A stretch of 40,644 bases of DNA from assembly GCA_043797665.1 (NCBI GenBank), contig JAZDPL010000090.1, positions 1-40,644 on the forward strand, in the 5' to 3' direction. Position numbers and translations under genes: made by a program. Under the pieces are notes generated by a model. The model ran no database searches. It was given only the letters and a program-made list of their open reading frames with translations, and was not told the origin of the DNA. This document shows positions 26,134 to 34,693 of the stretch, piece by piece. Position 1 is the first letter of the stretch. The number at the start of each line of letters is the position of its first letter. This DNA is from Candidatus Omnitrophota bacterium (GTDB lineage: Bacteria; Ratteibacteria; UBA8468; MWAK01).

Positions 26134-26400
26134 ATGAACGGTAAGAAAACCAAACTCGAACTGACATGGATTGGGAAGGAAAACCGGCCGAAGCTGGAGC
26201 CGCGTATCCTTGTCGAGGATCCGGCCAAGTCCCACCACGCGCCGTTCCGCACCGGGAAGGACGACCTTTTCGACAACCGGCTCATCTTTGGCGACAACCT
26301 GCTGGCTCTTAAGGCGCTGGAGCAGGAGTTCGCCGGGAAAATCAAGTGTATCTTCATAGACCCGCCCTACAACACCGGCAACGCGGAGGGGGGAAGATGA
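26134..26400 (+). pseudogene. Type III restriction-modification methyltransferase (Mod) remnant
   Basis: KLELTWIGK...NRLIFGDNLLALKAL...IKCIFIDPPYNTG followed almost at once by EGGR*. Only 88 aa; the SAM-binding motif and TRD are absent. Confidence 0.8.
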
Positions 26401-26819
26401 ACGGGCGACGACAAGACGAGTCAAACGCCATGAAGCCGGTAAATAGCGCCATTGTTCTCTATCAAACCGCCGACGGCCAGGTGACTGTGGATGTTTTCTT
26501 TGCGCGGGATAATTTCTGGCTTACACAGCGGACGATGGCTGAACTGTTTGGGGTGAAAACGCCGGCGGTATCCCGGCACCTGAAAAACATTTACGCCAGC
26601 GGAGAACTGACCCGGGAGGCAACTATTTCCAAAATGGAAACAGTTCAAACCGAAGGGGGGCGGCAGATTGCGCGTGAGGTGGAGTTTTACAATCTGGATG
26701 CGGCGATAGCCAAAGCTCACGAGGAATACGCAAAGTTTCGGGTCAAACAGGATCAGGGATATCTGTCCGATTTCGACCAGGCGTTTGCTAAATATCTGAA
26801 AGGCGATAACGAGCCATGA
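26397..26819 (+). pseudogene. RhuM-like protein with in-frame internal deletion
   Basis: IVLYQT.DG...WLTQ..MAELF.V....SRHLKNIY..GEL...QTEG.R...R.VEFYNLDA joins directly to the C-terminal A..KA..EY.KFR..QD..Y.SDFD. The core ISVGYRVNS..ATQFR segment is missing. Confidence 0.7.
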
Positions 26820-26878
26820 ACCCTCACGTGAACATCATCGCCAACCGGACCCGGCTCATGGGCGCGTTTATGGAATGA
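26816..26878 (+). pseudogene. Possible type III restriction (Res) subunit remnant, 20 codons
   Basis: MNPHVNIIANR resembles the N-terminus of Res subunits that follow such Mod genes; ATGA overlap with the rhuM stop; ends TRLMGAFME*. Confidence 0.4.
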
Positions 26879-26898
26879 AATTCTTTTTTTATAAATAA

Positions 26899-28062
26899 AT
26901 GGTGGATAAGGATAAATCCTCCCGGGCGGTTTCAGTTGGTTCCGTAAAGATTGGCGGCAGGGCGCCGGTTTCGGTCCAGGGAATGACCAAAACCAAGACC
27001 GCTGATTATAAAGCCACTCTGAAACAGTTGCGGCGCTTGGAATCTGCCGGTGCGGAGATTATCCGGATGGCAATACGGGATGAAGGAGACCTGGTTTCTT
27101 TCCGCCGTCTCAAAAAGATAGCCGGGGTGCCGTTGGTGGCGGATATTCATTTCCGGAGTGACTTGGCTATTGGTGCCATATCCGCGGGCGCGGACAAGGT
27201 AAGGCTCAACCCCGGTAATATTTCCGAACCGAAAAAGTTGCGGGAAATTATCAGAACCGCAAAAAAAGCCGGTATCGCGATACGCATCGGCGTCAACGCC
27301 GGTTCCTTAAAATCCAGCCTGTCCCTGTATTCAGTAAGCAGGGATGGATTCCCGCTTACTACACGCGGGAATGACAGAGGGCAGGCACGCGGGAATGACA
27401 TGGAGGTAGAACGGTTAGCGGAAAAGATGGTTTCTGCTGCGGGTGATTACATATCTCTTTTTGAGCGCGAAGGTTTCCCAAATTTGATTGTTTCTCTAAA
27501 GGCTTCCACAGTACGCACGACAATTCTGGCGAACCGGCTCTTCCGCCGGCAGTTTGATTACCCCCTCCATTTAGGCATCACCGAAGCCGGACGGGGTTCC
27601 CTGGCTGTTATCAAGAGTGCGCTCGGTATCGGTTCTTTACTTCAGGAAGGTATCGGGGATACTATCAGAGTTTCTCTTTCCGAACCGCCGGAGGAAGAAG
27701 TGGAGATTGGCCGGAAGATTCTTCAGTCGTTAGGTTTACGGCATTTCTATCCGGAAGTTATATCCTGCCCGACCTGCGGTCGGTCTCAGATAGATTTATT
27801 TGCGGTTCTGGATAAGGTGGAGTCAGGCATGAGAAGATTACCCGGATATCCGGAGAGGTATGCGGGACTAAAAATCGCGGTGATGGGGTGTGAGGTGAAC
27901 GGACCCGGTGAAGCCTCGTCTGCGGATATCGGTATTGCGGGCGGCCGCGGTATGGGTCTGCTTTTTTCCCGGGGCAAGGTAATCGCTAAAGTGCCGGAAA
28001 CCGGATTGGCAGGCCGCCTTTTGCAAGAACTTAAGAAGTTCCACACAAGGAGAGACAGATGA
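26899..28062 (+). CDS. ispG: (E)-4-hydroxy-3-methylbut-2-enyl-diphosphate synthase
   Basis: VSVQGMTKTKT, PLVADIHF, RLNPGNI, IRIGVNAGSL, YPLHLGITEAG, GDTIRVSL, SCPTCGR, AVMGCEVNGPGEA. Confidence 0.96.
   Translation: MVDKDKSSRAVSVGSVKIGGRAPVSVQGMTKTKTADYKATLKQLRRLESAGAEIIRMAIRDEGDLVSFRRLKKIAGVPLVADIHFRSDLAIGAISAGADKVRLNPGNISEPKKLREIIRTAKKAGIAIRIGVNAGSLKSSLSLYSVSRDGFPLTTRGNDRGQARGNDMEVERLAEKMVSAAGDYISLFEREGFPNLIVSLKASTVRTTILANRLFRRQFDYPLHLGITEAGRGSLAVIKSALGIGSLLQEGIGDTIRVSLSEPPEEEVEIGRKILQSLGLRHFYPEVISCPTCGRSQIDLFAVLDKVESGMRRLPGYPERYAGLKIAVMGCEVNGPGEASSADIGIAGGRGMGLLFSRGKVIAKVPETGLAGRLLQELKKFHTRRDR
27345..27400 (-). repeat. TGTCA-type REP (full plus partial) inserted in frame in ispG
   Basis: TGGATTCCCGCTTACTACACGCGGGAATGACA (exact reverse complement of 13169-13200) followed by GAGGGCAGGCACGCGGGAATGACA. 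Confidence 0.9.
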
Positions 28063-29060
28063 ATAAGAGGGGAAGGGTTATTTCCGCTCTGCAGCACAGA
28101 CAACCGGACGTGACGCCGTATCACATTGGGTTTACCCTGCCGATAAGAGAGAAATTGGAACAATATTACCACACTGCCGACCTGGATAAAGCCATCGGCA
28201 ACTATCTTTTAAATGTTGGTGCTGCTTTTGTCTGGCAGGAACTCAAACCGGGTTTCTGGCAGGACGGGTTCGGAGTGGTCTGGGACCGGAACATTGACAA
28301 AGACATCGGCAACCCGGTTGATTTTATCCTGACGGACAAAAATAAATTAGATAAGTATTCTTTCCCGGAAATAAAGCCGGAACTCTTTCAATACATCCCG
28401 AAACTTATGGCGGAGAATAAAGAAGGACTGTTTACCGTATTTAATATCGGTTTTTCCTTTTTTGAGCGCGCCTGGACCCTTCGGGGAATGGAAAACCTCT
28501 TTCTGGATATGGTAAGCGACCCGCCTTTTGTGGAAGTGCTTTTGGACCGGATTACGGACTTTAACCTGAGACTGGTTGACGAGGCGTTCAAGTTACCGGT
28601 TCAGATGGTCTTCTTCGGTGATGACTACGGTCAGCAGAGAGGTTTGTTGATGGGACCCAAATACTGGCGCAAATATATCAAGCCCAGGCTGGCAAAAGTA
28701 TACGGCAAAGTAAAAGCAAAAGGTCTGTTCGTTGGTATTCACACCTGCGGAGACGTTGAGGAAATTTTGCCGGACCTGATTGAGATAGGGGTGGACCTCT
28801 ACAATCCTTTCCAGCCTGAGGTTACCGATATCTACCGGATTAAGAAAGAGTACGGCGGCAGGTTGTCGTTCTTTGGCGGTCTTTCCACCCAACGGGTACT
28901 GCCTTTCGGCACACCCGGGGACGTCAGGAAAGAAGTAGAACGTCTAATCAGGGAGATTGGCGCAGAAGGCGGGTATGTTTTAGCGCCGGCCCACGCCACC
29001 CCCAAGGACGTTCCCCTGGATAATGTCCTGGCGCTGATTGACACGGTGCAGAACCAGTAA
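28059..29060 (+). CDS. Uroporphyrinogen decarboxylase (URO-D/MtaA-like) family protein
   Basis: FERAWTLRGMENLFLDM, FGDDYG.Q..LLM.P..WR.YIKP, HTCG, FFGGLSTQ.VLPFGTP, GGYVLAPAH. Confidence 0.85.
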   Translation: MNKRGRVISALQHRQPDVTPYHIGFTLPIREKLEQYYHTADLDKAIGNYLLNVGAAFVWQELKPGFWQDGFGVVWDRNIDKDIGNPVDFILTDKNKLDKYSFPEIKPELFQYIPKLMAENKEGLFTVFNIGFSFFERAWTLRGMENLFLDMVSDPPFVEVLLDRITDFNLRLVDEAFKLPVQMVFFGDDYGQQRGLLMGPKYWRKYIKPRLAKVYGKVKAKGLFVGIHTCGDVEEILPDLIEIGVDLYNPFQPEVTDIYRIKKEYGGRLSFFGGLSTQRVLPFGTPGDVRKEVERLIREIGAEGGYVLAPAHATPKDVPLDNVLALIDTVQNQ

Positions 29061-29146
29061 CCGATTTTGCTACCGCAAGTCTAAAAATGTTAAGATAGGT
29101 GGCAAGGTGAGGCTTTACTTACATTATTCAGAAGGCATGCTTTTTC

Positions 29147-29211
29147 TGTCATTCCTGCAAGTATTTAGCAGGAATCCATTGGATTCCCGCTTTAAGCATG
29201 TGGGAATGACA
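29147..29211. repeat. TGTCA-type REP doublet
   Basis: TGTCATTCCTGCAAGTATTTAGCAGGAATCCA-T-TGGATTCCCGCTTTAAGCATGTGGGAATGACA. Confidence 0.85.
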
Positions 29212-29229
29212 AAGGAATTTTGTTAAGAT

Positions 29230-29679
29230 ATGGCAGACAACCTTTTGGCGGAGGCGTACCGGATTCTGGCTCGCCGGGCTTATACCCGGGCCGAAATGGC
29301 AAAGAAGTTGGAAGGGAAAGCTCCAGCCGAAGAGGTGGAGGAGGTTTTAAACAATCTGGCACAAGCCGGTTACCTTGACGACCGGGCTTTTGTCCGGGAA
29401 TATATCCAGCAGCGCCTCAGCCTCAGACCCTCGGGCCGGCGGCTTTTAGAAATGAAACTGAGAGCCAAGGGTGTTGCGCCGGTGGTAATAAAAGAGGTTC
29501 TGGATGATGCGTTAAATCCCCAGGACGAGGAAGAAGCGGCAAAGGTACTGGCGGAGAAGAAATCTGCTTCCCTGAAAGGTCTGGATGAGGCGGCCCGGCA
29601 GCGCCGGATCTATCAATTTTTGCTCAGCCGGGGTTTTTCTCCGCAGGTAGCTGGCAAATACGCCAGATTTTCCGATTAA
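29230..29679 (+). CDS. recX: Regulatory protein RecX
   Basis: A.RILARR.YT.AEM..KL, GYLDDRAF, G.R.L..KL..KGV, FLLSRGF; lies upstream of alaS. Confidence 0.88.
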   Translation: MADNLLAEAYRILARRAYTRAEMAKKLEGKAPAEEVEEVLNNLAQAGYLDDRAFVREYIQQRLSLRPSGRRLLEMKLRAKGVAPVVIKEVLDDALNPQDEEEAAKVLAEKKSASLKGLDEAARQRRIYQFLLSRGFSPQVAGKYARFSD

Positions 29680-29689
29680 CTAAAGCGAT

Positions 29690-29853
29690 GGTATTCGGGT
29701 ACGAAAATTAGCGGAGCAACAGTAACAAAACAAGCAAAATGAGGGAATGAGTAGCCGGGGCCTGCCTTGGGGTATAGGCAGGAACACGGCGAGGCTCGTT
29801 CCTGAATTGCGTAGTTTTGTCTGGAGCGCAGCTCCTTTTCGTACCCGAATACC
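29690..29853. repeat. 164-bp long imperfect hairpin with 18-bp perfect terminal inverted repeats (MITE-like)
   Basis: GGTATTCGGGTACGAAAA (29690-29707) / TTTTCGTACCCGAATACC (29836-29853); internal pairings GGAGC/GCTCC, ACAAAAC/GTTTTGT, GGAATGAG/CTCGTTCC. Confidence 0.65.
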
Positions 29854-29864
29854 GGAGCATCCAT

Positions 29865-32486
29865 ATGCAAAGTTTTGAGGTCAGGCAGAAGTTCCTTGAT
29901 TTCTTCGCGGGAAAGGGGCATACCGTGGTACCGGGAATTCCCCTGGTCCCGCCGGAAGACCCCACTTTGCTCTTCACTTCCGCGGGAATGGTGCCTTTCA
30001 AGAATTTCTGGGCGGGCAGCGGCGAACTCCCCTATCTTCGCGCCGCGAGCGTTCAGAAATGCCTCCGGGCCGGCGGTAAGGACAGTGATTTGGAAAATGT
30101 AGGCTACGATACCCGGCATCACACCTTCTTTGAGATGTTGGGCAATTTCTCTTTCGGGGACTATTTCAAGGAGGGTGCGATAGATTTTGCCTGGGAGTTT
30201 GTGATGGAGTATCTGCATTTTCCCGAAGAGAATCTCTGGGTTTCCGTTTACGAAAAGGATGAAGAGGCTTTTGCACTCTGGAAGAAGTTTCTACCCGCGA
30301 ATAAGATTGTCCGGTTGGGTGAGAAGGATAATTTCTGGGGTCCGGCCGGTGAGACCGGTGTCTGCGGTCCCTGTTCGGAAATCTATTTTGACCGGGGCAG
30401 AAAATTTTCCTGCGGTAAGACCGGGTGTGCGCCGGGGTGTGACTGCGAAAGGTATCTGGAATTCTGGAACCTGGTTTTTCCGCAGTTTAACAAGACCAGG
30501 GATGGAACCTTTCTTCCCTTAGCCAGGAAAGGGATAGACACCGGCATGGGCCTGGAGCGGGTTACCTCTTTATCGGAAGGAAAGGAATCGGATTTTGAGA
30601 CTGATCTTTTCCTGCCCGTCATCAGGCGGCTTGAGGAATTAACCGGATGTCGTTACGGAAAGGATGAGGCGGGTACGATTGCTTTCCGGGTGGTGGCTGA
30701 CCATATCCGGCTCTTGACCTTTGCCATTGCCGAGCACATCCTGCCCGCCAACGAAGGCCGGGGATACGTCATCCGCAGGATTTTGCGCCGGGCGGTAAAG
30801 TTCTTGCGAACTCTGACTAAAGACGAGGTTGAGTTAAGTCATCTGGTGCCGGAGGCGGTGCGGATAATGTCGCCTTATTACACCTACCTTGTTCAGGAAG
30901 AGAAATTTGTGCAGGAGACGGTTGCCGATGAAGAGGAACGCTTTTTGAGCCTTTTGACCGAAGGTCACCGTCTCTTCCATCAGTTCTCCTCGGAATTTGC
31001 CAGGGGCACCGTACCCGGGAAGACCGCTTTTCAACTCTACGATACCTACGGTCTCCCTTTAGATACCATCAAAGAGATTGCCGCCGAAGATAATTTGAAG
31101 GTTGACCAGGCCGGTTTTGAAGAAGAGCTGACCAGAGCAAGAACCGCCAGCCGCAAGGCGATGACTTTGGAACTGGATATTGACCGCAGCCTTTTAGCCG
31201 GTCTGCCGCCGACAAAGTTTGTCGGTTACGAAACCATCCGCCTGGATTCTGAGGTATTGGCGGTAATTCCGTTAGACAAGGAACAATATTCTCTGGTCCT
31301 TACCGAAACGCCGTTCTATCCGGAACGGGGCGGCCAGAAGGGTGACCGGGGTTTAATAAAGGCAGACGGTTTTGAATTTGAGGCGGCTGAAACCAGGATA
31401 GACGAAACCGGGTTTATTCACCATCTCGGCAAGTTCCGCAAAGGTGAAGCGGAAAAAGGCAGCAAGGCTACCGGTGGTCGGGCTACCCTTGAGGTTGACT
31501 ACCAGCATCGTCAGCAGACCGCAGCCAACCATACCGCCACCCATCTCCTTCACTCCGCCTTGCGCCAGGTTCTGGGGAAAGAAGTTAAACAGGCGGGTTC
31601 CCTGGTCGCACCGGAAAGCCTGCGTTTCGATTTCCTTTATTCCGGCGAAATACGTATGGAATCCCTGGACCGGGTGGAGGAATTAGTGAACGAAACCATC
31701 GGACGCAATATCCCGGTAATTAAGGAAGAGAAGGTTTTACGGGAAGCGGTGGAGGAAGGTGCGACCGCATTATTCACCGAGAAGTACGGTGAGCAGGTAC
31801 GGGTAATTACGGTGGGTGATTTCAGCAAGGAGGTCTGCGGCGGAACGCACCTTGATGCTACCGGCAACATTGGCCTTTTTATCATCACCGGCGTTTCTTC
31901 CATCGGCAAAGGAATAAAGCGGGTGGAAGCCCTCACCGGAAAGAACGCTTACCTTTGGATGAAGAAACACCTTGGGATTCTTTCCAATCTGGCGGAGCGC
32001 TTAAAGACGGAACCTCTTTCCGTAATCGCCGAGTTGGAACGCCGGGAGAAGGAGGAGCAGAAAACAAAGAGAAAGTTGAGCGCCTTTCTTTTGGTATACC
32101 TTAATCAGGAAAAAGAAAAGGGTCTCAAAAATAAAAAAGTCATTGCCGGATTTTCTCTTCTGGCAAGCAGTCAGCCGTTTCTTGTACCCGAAGAAGCCAG
32201 GTTGCTGGTAGATGAACTCAAGAAGGGTTCAGTTAGAAGCGTTATTCTGGTCCTGCTCCCGGGGGAAGGCCGAAGCCTTCTCTTTCTGGGATTGACCCGG
32301 GACCTGGTGACCGAAGGTTTTAAGGCAAACGAGATTCTGCGGGAGATAACCCCTGCCTTTGGCGGAGGTGCGGGCGGGAGAGAGGACTTTGCTCAGGCCG
32401 GTTTGAAAAAAGTAGGTTCGCTTGCCGAAATAGAGAAGGTTTTGGTTAAGTGGTTGCTAAACAATAAATACTTGGAAAAGAGATGA
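29865..32486 (+). CDS. alaS: Alanine--tRNA ligase
   Basis: DPTLLFTSAGM, QKCLRAGGK..DLENVG...RHHTFFEMLGNFSFGDYFK, IDTGMGLER, HTATHLL, EVCGGTH, GGGAGG. Start taken at MQSFEVR. Confidence 0.97.
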   Translation: MQSFEVRQKFLDFFAGKGHTVVPGIPLVPPEDPTLLFTSAGMVPFKNFWAGSGELPYLRAASVQKCLRAGGKDSDLENVGYDTRHHTFFEMLGNFSFGDYFKEGAIDFAWEFVMEYLHFPEENLWVSVYEKDEEAFALWKKFLPANKIVRLGEKDNFWGPAGETGVCGPCSEIYFDRGRKFSCGKTGCAPGCDCERYLEFWNLVFPQFNKTRDGTFLPLARKGIDTGMGLERVTSLSEGKESDFETDLFLPVIRRLEELTGCRYGKDEAGTIAFRVVADHIRLLTFAIAEHILPANEGRGYVIRRILRRAVKFLRTLTKDEVELSHLVPEAVRIMSPYYTYLVQEEKFVQETVADEEERFLSLLTEGHRLFHQFSSEFARGTVPGKTAFQLYDTYGLPLDTIKEIAAEDNLKVDQAGFEEELTRARTASRKAMTLELDIDRSLLAGLPPTKFVGYETIRLDSEVLAVIPLDKEQYSLVLTETPFYPERGGQKGDRGLIKADGFEFEAAETRIDETGFIHHLGKFRKGEAEKGSKATGGRATLEVDYQHRQQTAANHTATHLLHSALRQVLGKEVKQAGSLVAPESLRFDFLYSGEIRMESLDRVEELVNETIGRNIPVIKEEKVLREAVEEGATALFTEKYGEQVRVITVGDFSKEVCGGTHLDATGNIGLFIITGVSSIGKGIKRVEALTGKNAYLWMKKHLGILSNLAERLKTEPLSVIAELERREKEEQKTKRKLSAFLLVYLNQEKEKGLKNKKVIAGFSLLASSQPFLVPEEARLLVDELKKGSVRSVILVLLPGEGRSLLFLGLTRDLVTEGFKANEILREITPAFGGGAGGREDFAQAGLKKVGSLAEIEKVLVKWLLNNKYLEKR

Positions 32487-33283
32487 ATAAAGAGACAGAA
32501 CTGTTTCTCCGGTTGGAAAAGGGTGACGAATCCGCCCGGGCCGAGATTGTACAGGTCTGCCAGCGTCTGGTTGCCAAAGTCGCCCGCAATTACGTCCGCA
32601 AATCCAAGTTTTCGGTCTCGGAATTGATGGCGGAGGGATACGTTGGTCTTTTGCAGGCAATAGAAAAGTTTAACCGGAAAAAAGCGGCTAAGGAAAAAGT
32701 TAAATTCAGTTCCTATGCCTACTGGTGGATTCGGCGTTACGTCATCCGCGCTGTAACCCAGGGGCAATCTCTTCTTGCGGTGCCGGAGAATACCTCGGAG
32801 TTAATGAGTCAATACAGCCATTTTTCCGATATCATAACCCAGGAATTGGGCCGGGAACCCACCGACGCGGAAGTTCAGAAGGGTCTGGCTCTCACCAACG
32901 GCCAGATGAAGCGGTTTGTCCGGCGCCGGGATTTAAAGGAAGTTTCGTTTGACAGTACCGTCTCCCGGGATAAAGAAAACAGGACCTTATCCGAGGTTAT
33001 CGGAGATGAGAGTAAGGAAGGGACCTCCAGGATACAGAAGGTAGTGAAGCGTCTGGAAGACGAAGGCATTCTGGAAAAACTCTTTTCGGTCCTTACTCCA
33101 TTAGAGAAGGAAGCGATTACTCTTAAGTTCGGTTTGGAAAACCAGATTCCGCTTAGTTATCAGAAGGTAGGAAAGAAGTTGAGCCGGTCTTTGAGTCGTC
33201 AGCGTGTCCATCAGATAGTGACCATAGCGCTTCAGAAGTTAAAGAAAAAAAATAAGGGAAAAACGTCTTTTTTGGAGGCATAA
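32483..33283 (+). CDS. Sigma-70 family alternative sigma factor (RpoD/RpoS-like, no region 1.1)
   Basis: QRLVAKVARNY, ELMAEGYVGLLQAIEKF, KFSSYAYWWIR, LGREPT, region 4 HTH LSYQKVG...SRQRVHQI...AL.KLK. Confidence 0.85.
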   Translation: MNKETELFLRLEKGDESARAEIVQVCQRLVAKVARNYVRKSKFSVSELMAEGYVGLLQAIEKFNRKKAAKEKVKFSSYAYWWIRRYVIRAVTQGQSLLAVPENTSELMSQYSHFSDIITQELGREPTDAEVQKGLALTNGQMKRFVRRRDLKEVSFDSTVSRDKENRTLSEVIGDESKEGTSRIQKVVKRLEDEGILEKLFSVLTPLEKEAITLKFGLENQIPLSYQKVGKKLSRSLSRQRVHQIVTIALQKLKKKNKGKTSFLEA

Positions 33284-33805
33284 ATGGAAAAGGAAAGTCT
33301 GCAGGGTTTAATCCGTAATATTCCTGATTTTCCGAAGAAAGGAATCCTCTTCCGGGATATTACACCGCTTCTGGCGGATGGGCCATCTTTCCGGTCCGCA
33401 GTTGATATTCTGGCTTCAGCCTGTCCGGCGGGTACTCAGGCGGTCGCCGGCATCGAATCGCGCGGGTTTATCTTCGGCGCCGGCGTAGCCAATTCTTTAG
33501 GAGTTGGTTTTGTGCCGATTCGAAAGTCGGGTAAACTTCCTTACCGGACGGAAAAGATTACTTATGCTTTAGAGTACGGCACCGATAATCTTGAAGTCCA
33601 TCAGGATGCTCTGGCGGGCCGGAACAACGTGGTTCTGGTGGACGACCTCCTGGCTACCGGTGGTACCGCAGAGGCGGCCTGCGGTCTTCTGGAGAAAATA
33701 GGCGGTAAAATTCTGAAGGTTATTTTTTTAATAGAATTGGCTGACCTGAAAGGACGGCAGAAAATTTCCGGTTACGACACCTTCTCCCTGCTCGTTTTTG
33801 ATTAA
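33284..33805 (+). CDS. apt: Adenine phosphoribosyltransferase
   Basis: IPDFPKKGILFRDITPLL, GIESRGF, RKSGKLP, YALEYG, VDDLLATGGT. Confidence 0.96.
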   Translation: MEKESLQGLIRNIPDFPKKGILFRDITPLLADGPSFRSAVDILASACPAGTQAVAGIESRGFIFGAGVANSLGVGFVPIRKSGKLPYRTEKITYALEYGTDNLEVHQDALAGRNNVVLVDDLLATGGTAEAACGLLEKIGGKILKVIFLIELADLKGRQKISGYDTFSLLVFD

Positions 33806-33827
33806 TGCTACCCGAATATGATATAAT
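33798..33827 (+). promoter_or_regulatory. Putative promoter of the rpsF operon
   Basis: TTGATT (33798-33803), 18-nt spacer, extended -10 TGATATAAT (33819-33827). Confidence 0.5.
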
Positions 33828-33839
33828 ATAAAATTTAAG

Positions 33840-33965
33840 GGTAAATACTCAGTGAACGTCGTTAGTGTAGGGGTCGGATTCATCCGACCCGCATATCTTT
33901 CGGGCTCAATAAATTGAGCCCCTACATTTTTGGCCCGATATAACGTACTTCACTGAATATTTTAC
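33840..33965. repeat. Composite palindromic element (outer shell plus GTAG doublet 33867-33925)
   Basis: GGTAAATACTCAGTGAACGTCGTTA ... TAACGTACTTCACTGAATATTTTAC; inverted copy of 990-1116. Confidence 0.85.
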
Positions 33966-33978
33966 ATTTTACGGGGGT

Positions 33979-34290
33979 ATGATGGAGCGAGATTACGAAG
34001 GGCTTCTTATTCTGGAACCGGCCCTTTCGGAAGAAGCGGTGGAAAAGGAGAGCAAGGATATTACCCTTCTCTTTCCGGAAGGAGCGGTAACCTGCCAGAA
34101 TCTGGGTCTTAAGAAGTTTACTTACGAAATTAAGCACCAGGCCCAGGGGTACTATCTTTCAGTTAATTTTAAGGCTGATGCCGGGAAGAGGACCGAATTT
34201 GAGCAGAATGTCCGGTTGAATCCGGCGGTTCTCCGGTATCTAATCATTCTGGCGCCGAGAACAAAAAGGAAGGAAAAAAATGGCAGTTAA
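33979..34290 (+). CDS. rpsF: 30S ribosomal protein S6
   Basis: YEGLLILEP, G.KKFTYEIK....GYY...F, VLRYLII; first gene of rpsF-ssb-rpsR. Confidence 0.88.
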   Translation: MMERDYEGLLILEPALSEEAVEKESKDITLLFPEGAVTCQNLGLKKFTYEIKHQAQGYYLSVNFKADAGKRTEFEQNVRLNPAVLRYLIILAPRTKRKEKNGS

Positions 34291-34693
34291 TGTTAATCGG
34301 GTTATTCTGGCTGGTAATTTGACCCGGGATCCGGAGATGCGGTTTACGCCAGCCGGGACTGCGGTAACCAACCTCGGTCTGGCGGTTAACCGGCAATACA
34401 CAACCAAAGAGGGCGAGCAGCGTAAAGAGGTCTGTTTTATTACGGTGGTAACCTGGGGTAAACAGGCTCAGAGTTGTCAGGAACATCTCAGGAAGGGAAG
34501 TCCGGTATTGGTAGAAGGCAGACTTCAATTCCGAAGTTGGGAAAGTGCGGATAAAGAGAAGCGGAGTATGATAGAAGTGGTTGCGGAAAGAGTCCAATTT
34601 TTAAGCAGGCGAGAGGAAGAAGGAGGAGGTACGGTCGGTGAAGAAAACAGCGGATACGAATCAGCGGAAGAAACGAAAGAACAAGAAGGATAA
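34280..34693 (+). CDS. ssb: Single-stranded DNA-binding protein
   Basis: [27 protein letters not shown]-like motif, KGS.VLVEGRL..RSW; acidic tail without the usual terminal PF. Confidence 0.93.
   Translation: MAVNVNRVILAGNLTRDPEMRFTPAGTAVTNLGLAVNRQYTTKEGEQRKEVCFITVVTWGKQAQSCQEHLRKGSPVLVEGRLQFRSWESADKEKRSMIEVVAERVQFLSRREEEGGGTVGEENSGYESAEETKEQEG

Noticed and set aside
25864..26400. A single 178-aa protein as given in the ORF track
   Set aside because: It is a chance in-frame join of the DUF4276-like N-terminus, off-frame DUF4276 C-terminal DNA and the Mod N-terminus.
29690..29864. T-box riboswitch upstream of alaS, or a 16-codon N-terminal extension of AlaS from 29817
   Set aside because: No T-box antiterminator consensus (TGGNACC) or terminator was seen. 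The extension lies within the inverted repeat, and AlaS similarity starts at MQSFEVR (29865).
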